A stretch of DNA of 64,000 nucleotides, taken from Gammaproteobacteria bacterium (lineage in GTDB: Bacteria; Pseudomonadota; Gammaproteobacteria; Pseudomonadales; Halieaceae). Shown here one piece after another: positions 28,201 through 35,677 of this stretch. The stretch spans positions 122,955 to 186,954 of the forward strand of contig JAUICG010000004.1 of NCBI GenBank assembly GCA_030427485.1, written 5' to 3'. The position numbers and the translations under genes were made by a program. Each line of letters opens with the position of its first letter. Position 1 is the first letter of the stretch. The notes under the pieces are model-generated. The model ran no database searches, was not told the DNA's origin, and was given only the letters and a program-made list of their open reading frames with translations.

Positions 28201-29116
28201 GGAGCCATGGCAGCTTATTGCCGATTGCTCCCCATCAGCGCTAGCGCGACTGAAGGCCCTTTTGGAAACACTGCGGTTGCTTGCCGGTGAAGCCCATGAG
28301 CGACAGGAGCCTCCGGCAGCAACTTGGGCGGGCCGTGGCAAGGGGGCGCGCGTGGGTAACGCCTTACGGCGGGTGTCGCTTTCAGCTGAGGCTGCAGGAG
28401 AAAAGCGATTGGTTCAGCTTAAGGCAGAAATTGAACGGTCGACGAAAGAGGCGGGGATCAAGGCGGTTTTCCATCTCCGGGTCAACCCAAACGGTATTCT
28501 GCCGTGGCCTCCGGTGGATGTTCTCGCGCTGCTTCCGTCTAGTGACGTTGCAGGTGCAGTGATTGCGCTCAATCAGCAAACGGATCTGTTGCGATCGTTT
28601 GTAGATTCCGCGATGCATCTGACAGTCCTGCCCTTTATCAATGGTGTTGCGTTCCCAGCGCTCGCGAAGTCTGGAATTCGGACTTTTTTACCAGATATTG
28701 AGGGCGCCACAGCTTGGACCAAAAATCTCAATTTGGCGTGCGCGTCATCAGAGACGTCTGGTCTGTTTGGCGAAGTGCTGAGCGTGGCGGCTGAACTCCG
28801 AGCAATGGATCGTCTGGAGCTTGGTGTCGAATCTCGGCCTGAAGCCGAAGTGATCGCACGCCGAAGCCTGGAGGTCTCTTTCGGTGAGAAGAGAGAACAG
28901 CTGGTCCAACAACTGGGCAACTTTGACCGGGATGCTCAAACAGATTTTTTCGAGTTGATCGAGCGTCTGCGAACCGGGGAAATAGATTTTATTGCGGAAG
29001 CGCAGGCAGCGATTGGCGGGGTCTCAACAGAGATTATGGAAACTACAGGTTATTTGACCCTGCTTGTGATCGAATATGAGTGGCAGGCCGAAGTGGTCAA
29101 AAGGGAATCGAAATAG
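25226..29116 (+). CDS. Giant (1296 aa) Cap4/DUF4297-like nuclease + P-loop NTPase + helical C-terminal protein
   Basis: Basic tail MAKKTKARKRRRDSKQ. Then GRGFRYQDAVSVWLAIEIW...IPEGGDDVELRGEETTYIQVKSRRE, which is GF.YQ / E..DD / QxK. Walker A is ALIIGPSGAGKSALMWE (~26120-26143). The Walker-B-like motif is VGFVMDDVG. The start ATG overlaps the abiEii stop (ATGGCTAA). Confidence 0.8.
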   Translation: MAKKTKARKRRRDSKQAPHLAKAASRAGSNAGRGFRYQDAVSVWLAIEIWTGRRAPAILIPEGGDDVELRGEETTYIQVKSRREHLGDYSEGVAAGYIKELWGRSLSSSPQPERLELVLERNVVGFTPLGVQPASRAIEGPIATKLFEFSPSDELLPKTSIQISTSPQEWSISMIVDQLNCSPIAAQMCFAELLVRVGALADANGRLSPGNYRGLSVSDIETSIRDVMAAVDVASIEGAIQEGICEPVDFLTPLNDPNFYLGVDVQPGHIAAGLVSERPKGRFALVQGLEERRAALIIGPSGAGKSALMWEAANALRHTVRWFQIRRLEMTDIPAIRQLIRTFRASQGSPVGFVMDDVGRNSPESWGALLKESMSIPGVIMLGSAREEDVTLIAERARAVEVRADPDGELAERLWKELREAGKTDWAGWREPWKLSDGLLLEYVHILTRGRRMQEVLADQVAARISDPARSLELDILRSASWAGAANAEIDASRLVRTLSVSEADLSSALQRLIHEHLVRSPVPGTLAGLHQLRSKELLRVTHQTMLPTLQTSFERTVASVHAVNLEPLVADALFARRLPVLAVLNSLIVRLENEPDARALASGLRGLGSGRISAGVDEWLETSEARALPRTQVGTAAMFGIAGIDLGSLDIIPEVQAAADRLSRIKGSPEDDPRRLLMERMASSTLSVLIEEADLTSLDEILGALLGVPLSVAVRSALRRIPSNLLNADLHLVGSVMGTLTALDREIAIQWATEVGQEVLFAKIQAETAWAGPVSIEKGDDGVIVHCDLWYVAGSVQGNPHDTVVSLCELILALCPSADIAMSSAITVSGELAGLAELPLVTKRIPRGNLPPPSLPQWNRRWGDLVSRRIAAPSYSDYLARGVAILEVLVPTLAKIFDAHFRGKEAPSGLFETLNSLNAETEALTPPAISSFVASGAGSEDASTAVTKFQNLLHSSSVNLIKGFAKLPEQAGAYIAWLNDLITDVDVEIAEEPWQLIADCSPSALARLKALLETLRLLAGEAHERQEPPAATWAGRGKGARVGNALRRVSLSAEAAGEKRLVQLKAEIERSTKEAGIKAVFHLRVNPNGILPWPPVDVLALLPSSDVAGAVIALNQQTDLLRSFVDSAMHLTVLPFINGVAFPALAKSGIRTFLPDIEGATAWTKNLNLACASSETSGLFGEVLSVAAELRAMDRLELGVESRPEAEVIARRSLEVSFGEKREQLVQQLGNFDRDAQTDFFELIERLRTGEIDFIAEAQAAIGGVSTEIMETTGYLTLLVIEYEWQAEVVKRESK

Positions 29117-29123
29117 GCTAGAT

Positions 29124-29230
29124 TTTTTGATCATGGTATTTTTCATGGTATTTCGTTTTTGGTAAAATGTAACTAATTGAAAAATAAGTAATATAAATGG
29201 CTATTTACAATCGAGTGGGAGTGACCGGAA
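29124..29230 (+). repeat. Island repeat element, copy B
   Basis: ttttttGATCATGGTATTTTTCATGGTATT - AT-rich - aatggCTATTTACAATCGAGTGGGAGTGACCGGAA. It starts 8 nt after the 1296-aa gene stop and ends 130 nt upstream of 29360. Confidence 0.9.
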
Positions 29231-29359
29231 CTGACAGGCAATGTCTGGGACTGGCAGGCGTGGCCGGTTGAAAGTTGGGTAATAATGCTACAATTGTAGG
29301 CTTGCGCAGAGCGCTTGATACTTTGACAAAGCAGCCACCGGACATTTCGGACAAACAGA

Positions 29360-30820
29360 ATGATTGATGATTTCCCGCAACTCGTTGAACAGCTGAGTGC
29401 AAGTGGTTTCACCGTAGATCCGCCTCACCTCCATGGCCTGCTGACCGGTTTCGCCACCACGCCGGACCCGGATATGAGCAAGCTGTGGAAATCGATGGGG
29501 GGCGATCAGCCGCTCGCGGTCGCGATTAAAGAAGCGGTTACCGATCTCCTCGATTCCCTGTCTGAAGCTCTTTCTGTAAATGAGTTCCGGGCCGAGTTCA
29601 GAGAAGACCGAGACGACCCGCCGCGGTGGCTAAAAGGTTATTTTCGGGCTATTGAACTCCATGAGGAGCAGTGGCTGGAGGAGAACGAGAACCACCCAAA
29701 AGCTGCAATGGCCCTCATGCTGCTTCAGTCGTTGCTTAATGAGGAGCTGCGAAAGGATCTCCAAATCGAGCAGCCCGGACACGAAGAACTGAGGGATAAT
29801 CCACACATCGTTTCCGAACTCGTGGTGGCGATCTACCAACGTATATATGGGGACCTGGACGAAGAGTTCGACTTCGCACAAGACCAGTCTCTCTGCACTC
29901 CCAGTTTCTCCCGAGACATGCTGATGGCGATGGATGAAGATGCGCTTTTCTCAATCGTTACGGGTTACAACGACCGACTGCCCCTTGAAGTCGTAAAGGA
30001 GTGCGCGAATCGGGGAGACGCCATGGTGCCGATTTTACGGCGGCATTTGGAGTATGAAGCCAGCTGGGGTATTGATGCAGACTCCGGCGATTGGTGGGCG
30101 TTACTACATGCCGTTTTCATCCTTGGTCTTATACCAGGTGATGCATCAGCCCAGGCACTGCTGGAGGGTTTTCGCCGCATCACCTTCGATGCAGACGGCA
30201 ACAATTTGGCCGACTGGATTTCTGGTTACTGGCCTGCTCTGTGCCACAATAAATCGGACTATACGAATGAGCCGTTGCGAAGGATCGCAGAAGATAGGAC
30301 GCTGGACTGGTATCCCCGCAGCCATGCCGTAGAATGTGTGCTCGCCGAGGCCTCTGAGCAATGCCCCAACAGTTTGGAAGCCGCACTGGACTGGCTCGCT
30401 GCTCTCTGTGCCGATGAGTCGAATCCCCCAGATTTCCGCGTTCTGGCCGCAAATCACCTGCTTAGCTTCCCCAGACAGCGGCATCGGCTATTGATGAATG
30501 AGCTGATAGCACTACAGAAGTCGGGCTCCTGGTACAGCAATTCCTTTGGCCATAGCGATATCGAAAGTTCCTTCGCCAGGGGCGACGATCCTGATTGGGT
30601 TCGCTTCGACAATCCCTGGCGGTTCTACGAGCCGAATGAAATTGAACGGCGACAGCGCCGCTGGATTCGGGAAGACAGGGAGCGGGAAGAGAGAGAATGC
30701 ATCGATCACTGCATCCATGAGCCGGTGGAAACCTACGTCAGAGATCAGTCCAAGGTCGGTCGAAACGATTCCTGCCCTTGTGGCAGCGGTAGAAAGTACA
30801 AAAAGTGCTGCTTGCAATGA
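29360..30820 (+). CDS. UPF0149 (YgfB/YecA-like N-domain) / DUF1186-like / SEC-C motif protein
   Basis: 486 aa. The N-terminus ...FTVDPPHLHGLLTGFATTP... resembles UPF0149. The C-terminus GRNDSCPCGSGRKYKKCC is a canonical SEC-C zinc motif. Confidence 0.75.
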   Translation: MIDDFPQLVEQLSASGFTVDPPHLHGLLTGFATTPDPDMSKLWKSMGGDQPLAVAIKEAVTDLLDSLSEALSVNEFRAEFREDRDDPPRWLKGYFRAIELHEEQWLEENENHPKAAMALMLLQSLLNEELRKDLQIEQPGHEELRDNPHIVSELVVAIYQRIYGDLDEEFDFAQDQSLCTPSFSRDMLMAMDEDALFSIVTGYNDRLPLEVVKECANRGDAMVPILRRHLEYEASWGIDADSGDWWALLHAVFILGLIPGDASAQALLEGFRRITFDADGNNLADWISGYWPALCHNKSDYTNEPLRRIAEDRTLDWYPRSHAVECVLAEASEQCPNSLEAALDWLAALCADESNPPDFRVLAANHLLSFPRQRHRLLMNELIALQKSGSWYSNSFGHSDIESSFARGDDPDWVRFDNPWRFYEPNEIERRQRRWIREDREREERECIDHCIHEPVETYVRDQSKVGRNDSCPCGSGRKYKKCCLQ

Positions 30821-30872
30821 TCGGATCGATCCTCCTTGAAGAGACGGAGCAAAATACTTCGCATAGTCATGG

Positions 30873-30904
30873 GGCGCAGCCTTGCGCCTTACGTATCATT
30901 TTTT
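30873..30904 (+). terminator. Weak intrinsic-terminator candidate after the SEC-C gene
   Basis: GGCGCA-gcct-TGCGCC hairpin (30873-30888), followed 10 nt later by T6 (30899-30904). The stem is short and the T-tract is displaced. Confidence 0.3.
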
Positions 30905-30956
30905 GAACGAGTGTGGCGTGATTTAGAACCACAAACACGCCAACTAAGTCTTTTTA

Positions 30957-30987
30957 ATGGCGTGATTAAACGCTAAAATCCCGCCAT
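30957..30987. promoter_or_regulatory. Palindrome upstream of fic paralog 1
   Basis: ATGGCGTGA-N13-TCCCGCCAT. It has the same geometry as 42903-42933. A further TGGCGTG...CACGCCA pair lies at 30914-30952. Confidence 0.4.
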
Positions 30988-31059
30988 GACAAAGTGGCAG
31001 GACAGACAGTTTGCACGGCTGAAAGCCGCCCGCCAAGGTGCGGCACAGGGATGTGCCGC

Positions 31060-32205
31060 ATGAAATGGATATGGCAGCAACCCGACTGGCCAGATTTTCG
31101 CTATGACAATCGCGCGCTCAATGATCGGGAACTTGAGTTTCGTCTGAACTCAGAGCGCTTGGCGGGTAGCTTTGATGCACTTCCCATGGCATCTAAACAG
31201 GATGCCACGATCGATTTGATGCTTTCCGAGGCCATCAAAACTAGCGCCATTGAAGGCGAGAATCTGGACAGGGAATCAGTCAGGTCATCGCTACTCTCTT
31301 TGATAACATCGGATACGTTGCGGGACAACTCAGACGTGAAAGCGGCGGGGGCTGCTGCGCTGCTGGTGGACGTTCGCAAGAACTGGCGTTCATCCCTGAC
31401 ACATGACCTGCTGGGCAAGTGGCAATCCATGGCTGTACCGGAACAGCGCTATACGCCTATTTTGCGAGGCGCATATCGCAACGACCCTTCGCCAATGCAA
31501 ATCGTGAGCGGGCCTTATGGCCGGGAAAAGGTTCATTATGAAGCTCCGCCAGCGATCCGGGTGCCTGATGAAATGGCGAGATTTCTCGGCTGGTACAACA
31601 AGACCAGTCCTTCAAGAGATCACAACACGAAATCAGGGATTGCCCGAGCCGGTATTGCCCATCTGTGGTTTGAAATTATTCATCCCTTTGACGATGGTAA
31701 TGGGCGAGTCGGTAGGGCGATCGCTGACCACGCTCTTTCGCAGTTTCTCGGTTATCCGACAACCGCCTGCCTTGCCACTGCGATAGAGGCGGATAAGAAA
31801 ACTTATTACCTGCAACTGGAGAAAGCGAGTCGTACAAGTCTGGACGTTAACACCTGGCTCGATTACTTTGCCGATAGGGTCATCATGGCACAGGAAATTG
31901 CCCGGGAAGAGGTACACTTTGTATTGAGCAAGACACGTTTTTATGAGGTCTATGGTAATCAGTTGAATGACCGGCAGGCCCGGATGGTGTCGCGGGTATT
32001 CGCTGAAGGCCGGAAGGGCTTTGAAGGTGGAATAACGACCAGGAAATATGAAGCGATCACCAAGTGCCCAAACCGAACGGCTAGCCGCGATTTGTCAGAC
32101 CTGGTTGCCAAAGGAATCATCATCCCGCTACCGGGTGGAGGCAGGACGACCCGATATGAGTTGAGCATTGACGAACCGGTCGGTTTTGGTTTCGGGGAGA
32201 GATAA
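31060..32205 (+). CDS. Fic/DOC family protein with DUF4172-like N-terminus and C-terminal wHTH (paralog 1, intact)
   Basis: The start is chosen by alignment with paralog 2 (MKWIWQQPDWPDFRY vs MRWIWQQSDWPGFRY); the track ORF begins at 30994. Fic motif HPFDDGNGRVGRA. N-terminal inhibitory-helix-like TSAIEG, matching (S/T)xxxE(G/N). Confidence 0.9.
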   Translation: MKWIWQQPDWPDFRYDNRALNDRELEFRLNSERLAGSFDALPMASKQDATIDLMLSEAIKTSAIEGENLDRESVRSSLLSLITSDTLRDNSDVKAAGAAALLVDVRKNWRSSLTHDLLGKWQSMAVPEQRYTPILRGAYRNDPSPMQIVSGPYGREKVHYEAPPAIRVPDEMARFLGWYNKTSPSRDHNTKSGIARAGIAHLWFEIIHPFDDGNGRVGRAIADHALSQFLGYPTTACLATAIEADKKTYYLQLEKASRTSLDVNTWLDYFADRVIMAQEIAREEVHFVLSKTRFYEVYGNQLNDRQARMVSRVFAEGRKGFEGGITTRKYEAITKCPNRTASRDLSDLVAKGIIIPLPGGGRTTRYELSIDEPVGFGFGER

Positions 32206-32250
32206 TTTATGGTGTTTACGGGTGACTTTTGTATTGATTAGCCGGACTTT

Positions 32251-32347
32251 CCAAGTATGGTATTTTTCATGGTATTCACCTGTGGCAAGAAATTAAGCTA
32301 TTGGATATAGAAGAGAATAAAGTCTTATTGATAATCGAGTGGAAGTA
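32251..32347 (+). repeat. Island repeat element, copy C
   Basis: ccaagTATGGTATTTTTCATGGTATT - AT-rich - aagtcTTATTGATAATCGAGTGGAAGTA. It lies 46 nt after the fic-1 stop and 380 nt upstream of the RelE-like gene. Confidence 0.85.
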
Positions 32348-32700
32348 GCGCAGATCTGGCACTGGCTTGCACTCGCAGGTATCAAGACGCAGGAAGCTCG
32401 CAAAACCAATCACGTATCCTCATTGCTGTCTGGCAACATCTGGTACTGGCAGGCATCGGCAAGCAGTTAGCACCACTTTTCCATGGTATAGATCATCGTA
32501 CCGCCACACCCACTATCAGCGTCGCTCAGCTATACCATGTCACGCGCGTCGCCCCGTTATGGTATTAGTGGCCAAGTGCTAGCTATACTGACTCGAGTGC
32601 TCCCATGGCCATGAACTCACCCAGATCACTTTCCTCTCTCTGGGCGGCGGAGTTGTTTGCTCTAAAATTTCTAGCTTTCATGTTCAAAGGCTTGTAAAGC

Positions 32701-32716
32701 GTACCAAATATGGTAC
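32701..32716. promoter_or_regulatory. Palindromic operator candidate of the RelE/XRE pair
   Basis: GTACCA-aata-TGGTAC, 10 nt upstream of ATG 32727. The half-site overlaps the ATGGTA motif of the island repeat. Confidence 0.4.
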
Positions 32717-32726
32717 GCTTTTTCGC

Positions 32727-33071
32727 ATGGATGTCGATATGCCTCTTGAAGTGGCTTTTTACCGAACGGAATCGGGAAATGAACCGGTTCGCGCGTGGTT
32801 GCGGGAGCTGAGCAAACAGGACAAAAGGGTAATCGGTGGCGATATTAAAACCGTTCAATATGGCTGGCCTACCGGGATGCCAGTGGTTCGAAAAATGGAG
32901 TCCGGGCTATGGGAAGTCAGATGTCGGCTTGATCAACGTATTGCTCGAATTCTGTTTACAGTAAAGGGTGAAAAGATGATTTTGCTGCATGGCTTCATCA
33001 AGAAATCCCAGAAGACACCACAAACCGATTTGCAGTTGGCTAAAGACCGGAAAGCCAACCTGGAGAAGTGA
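32727..33071 (+). CDS. RelE/ParE-superfamily toxin (Gp49/HigB-like, DUF891-type)
   Basis: 114 aa. FYRTESGNEPVRAWLRELSKQDKRVIGGDIKTVQYGWPTGMPVVRKMESGLWEVRCRL..RIARILFTVKGEKMILLHGFIKKSQKTP is a typical phage Gp49-like toxin sequence. Confidence 0.85.
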   Translation: MDVDMPLEVAFYRTESGNEPVRAWLRELSKQDKRVIGGDIKTVQYGWPTGMPVVRKMESGLWEVRCRLDQRIARILFTVKGEKMILLHGFIKKSQKTPQTDLQLAKDRKANLEK

Positions 33072-33072
33072 C

Positions 33073-33354
33073 ATGAGCAAACACATTGGTAGTAACTTCG
33101 ATGACTTTCTGGAAGAGGAAGGTGTGCTTGCGGAAGCGGAAGCTATCGCAGTTAAGCGTGTGCTTGCCTTTCAACTCGAGGAATTGATGAAAGCGCATAA
33201 ACTCAACAAGACACAACTGGCCAGGCGGATGAATACCAGCCGTTCCGCATTGGAGCGGTTGCTGGATCCCGAGAATCCTTCGGTGACGCTGCTGACCCTG
33301 GAGCGCGCGGCCAGAGCGCTGGGCAAGAACATAAGGATTGAGCTCGCAGTTTGA
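33073..33354 (+). CDS. XRE-family HTH antitoxin
   Basis: The in-frame ATG at 33073 lies 2 nt after the toxin stop. The product MSKHIGSNFDDFLEEEG...LNKTQLARRMNTSRSALERLLDPENPSVTLLTLERAARALGKNIRIEL contains an HTH_XRE. Confidence 0.85.
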   Translation: MSKHIGSNFDDFLEEEGVLAEAEAIAVKRVLAFQLEELMKAHKLNKTQLARRMNTSRSALERLLDPENPSVTLLTLERAARALGKNIRIELAV

Positions 33355-33445
33355 GGTATGAGGCACCTGTTTGTCTGATGTTCAGTATAGAGGCGAACGC
33401 CAGTGAACGTTGTGAACTGTTCAATGCACTGTTTATGAGGGTCTG

Positions 33446-34906
33446 GTGAATTTTTCCGGCTGGCAGGCCAGGTTTCGCCGTTTACAGGATGAACACGCGA
33501 CCTGGAAGTTGTTGCGCGCGGACAACGCCCCCATCATTCTCGCCTTCATTGCCGATCTGTTCGCGGAGGAGAATGAAGTACCCTTCGCGCGGGCACGCAT
33601 CGCTCTGGATGCGGAACTGGAACGCGGCCGGGAATTGGGTTACTGGCAAAGCGAAAGCGGGGCAGGCATCTACCTGAACCAGTGGATACGCGCGGGCTGG
33701 CTGCGAGAAATGGACGACATGCTGAGTAAAACTGACGCCAGTGAAACCGCGTTACGATTTTGCCGGACACTCGACGAACCGACTGCCGGTACCTCCGCCT
33801 CCCATCTTCGAATCGTACAGGAAGCGGTGCGAGATTTTGCTGTTGCGGTCAACCCGGATCTTGACGAGCGGGTCGCCCAGCTTGAGCAACGCCAGCAGGA
33901 AATCCAGCACAGCATAGACGATCTGCGTGCGGGCGCGAGCGTGGAGCTCAGTGAAACCGAACAACGTGAACGCATACGCGAGATTTACCAGTTGGCGTCG
34001 GTGCTGACCGGTGATTTTCGCCGTGTGGAGGATGAGATTCGACGCATTGACAAGGATTTAAGAATCCAGATCATCGAAGGTGATTCCACCCGCGGGAACG
34101 TGTTGCTCGAACTGATGGAGAAGGAGATTCTGCTAGCGAATACTGATGCGGGCAGTGCATTCGAAGGATTTTTTCAGCTGTTGTGTGACCAGAACCGCTC
34201 GACCGAATTCAGCGATCAGTTACGTGGTATCCTCAGCCTGCCGGTGGCCCATCACCTCAATCCCGCCCAGCGCCAGTTCCTTGTCCGGTTGATGCGCGAA
34301 TTGTCACGCGAGAGCGAGCGCGTGTTCCGCATCCGTCGGCGTACCGAAGAGGGCTTGCGCGGGTATATCGAAAGTGGCGTGGCTCAGGAAAACCGCGCGG
34401 TGACGCGCCTGTTGTCCGAGCTGGAACGCAGCGCCATCGCCCTACGCGAAAACGGCTGTGATTTGAAGACACGAACCCGGCTGGAACTGCAGGTTGGCGT
34501 ACCCGAAATTCGATCTCCCGAAAGCATGAATCTGCGACTGCCAGACGAAAACCTGGATACCTCTGGCGTCGAGGAGCAGGCCAATCGCCGCGAGCCGAGT
34601 AAGGAAATGCTCGACAGCCTGGAGGCGGTACAGATCCGCCGAGTCGCCGAGCGTACCCTGGCGGCCCTGCGCCGATATGGTCCCATGACGATTTCCGCGT
34701 TATCCCGATACCAACCGCTACAGGCGGGGCTGGAAGAACTGGTTGCCTGTATGAGGGTGGCCCGTGCCGTTCACGCGACGGACCTCAATACCACCGAACT
34801 GGTCGAAGTCCACGATAAACAGGGTTCGCGGATTATGGCCTCGATTCCCGGGCTCCTGATGAGCGCCGAATTGTTTCCCGCCAACATCGACGAGCTGACG
34901 CTGTAG
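33446..34906 (+). CDS. jetA: Wadjet JetA (DUF3375 / MksB-like kleisin)
   Basis: 486 aa with a GTG start. It is the first of four tightly packed genes. The N-terminus ...WKLLRADNAPIILAFIADLF... and the length fit DUF3375. Confidence 0.8.
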   Translation: MNFSGWQARFRRLQDEHATWKLLRADNAPIILAFIADLFAEENEVPFARARIALDAELERGRELGYWQSESGAGIYLNQWIRAGWLREMDDMLSKTDASETALRFCRTLDEPTAGTSASHLRIVQEAVRDFAVAVNPDLDERVAQLEQRQQEIQHSIDDLRAGASVELSETEQRERIREIYQLASVLTGDFRRVEDEIRRIDKDLRIQIIEGDSTRGNVLLELMEKEILLANTDAGSAFEGFFQLLCDQNRSTEFSDQLRGILSLPVAHHLNPAQRQFLVRLMRELSRESERVFRIRRRTEEGLRGYIESGVAQENRAVTRLLSELERSAIALRENGCDLKTRTRLELQVGVPEIRSPESMNLRLPDENLDTSGVEEQANRREPSKEMLDSLEAVQIRRVAERTLAALRRYGPMTISALSRYQPLQAGLEELVACMRVARAVHATDLNTTELVEVHDKQGSRIMASIPGLLMSAELFPANIDELTL

Positions 34907-34909
34907 CCT

Positions 34910-35677
34910 ATGAGCGAAAAGGACTTCTTCGACGATCTGATCAAGGCGCAGTCGACTGTATCGGTCGAGGCTGATCCACTAAACATGGATGAGGACAACG
35001 GTATTGAGCAGTCGTCAGCGGATGCACCGTCCTCCGCGCCAGCGATCGATGATCAGCCGGCACCCTTGACACACGAAGCCCGCCGCGCGCTGGTGTATCT
35101 GTTGCGCCAGGGTTCGGCGCTGGCACGGCAAAAAAGCGAGATATTCGAACTGACTTGCCGATACCAGGATGCCTTGCGCAACCACCTCGAGAATATGTAC
35201 CTGCGACTGGTCATCGATGAGCGCTACGGCGTCGCGTTTATCGCCAACGCGCAAAACCCCAATGACGGGGACGACGATGGCGAGAGCGTCAGGCTGATCA
35301 GTCGTCGAACGCTGACCCTTTACGATACACTGCTGACCCTGGTGTTGCGCAAGTATTTTCAGGACCGTGAAACTCAGGGTGAGCAGAAGATTAATATCGA
35401 TATCGAAACGGTAGAAGCAGGCCTGAGCCCGTTTTTGCCTTTGACCAACAGCACTCGCTCGGACCGCAAACAACTGGTCACTTCGCTGAAACGCATGATC
35501 GAAAAGCGCATCCTGGTAGTTGTTCGCGGCAGTGAAGAACGCTTTGAGATTTCGCCACTGATTCGTCACGTGGTATCTGCCGAATTTCTTCAGCATATGT
35601 TAAATGAGTATCAACGCCTGGCTGACGAACAATCGGGTGAAGAACAGATACGAGACGATCCACAGGACGATGACTGA
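34910..35677 (+). CDS. jetB: Wadjet JetB (DUF4194 / MksE-like)
   Basis: 255 aa with an acidic N- and C-terminus. The core ...ARRALVYLLRQGSALARQKSEIFELTCRYQDALRNHLENMYLRLVIDERYGVAFI fits DUF4194. It starts 4 nt after jetA. Confidence 0.8.
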   Translation: MSEKDFFDDLIKAQSTVSVEADPLNMDEDNGIEQSSADAPSSAPAIDDQPAPLTHEARRALVYLLRQGSALARQKSEIFELTCRYQDALRNHLENMYLRLVIDERYGVAFIANAQNPNDGDDDGESVRLISRRTLTLYDTLLTLVLRKYFQDRETQGEQKINIDIETVEAGLSPFLPLTNSTRSDRKQLVTSLKRMIEKRILVVVRGSEERFEISPLIRHVVSAEFLQHMLNEYQRLADEQSGEEQIRDDPQDDD

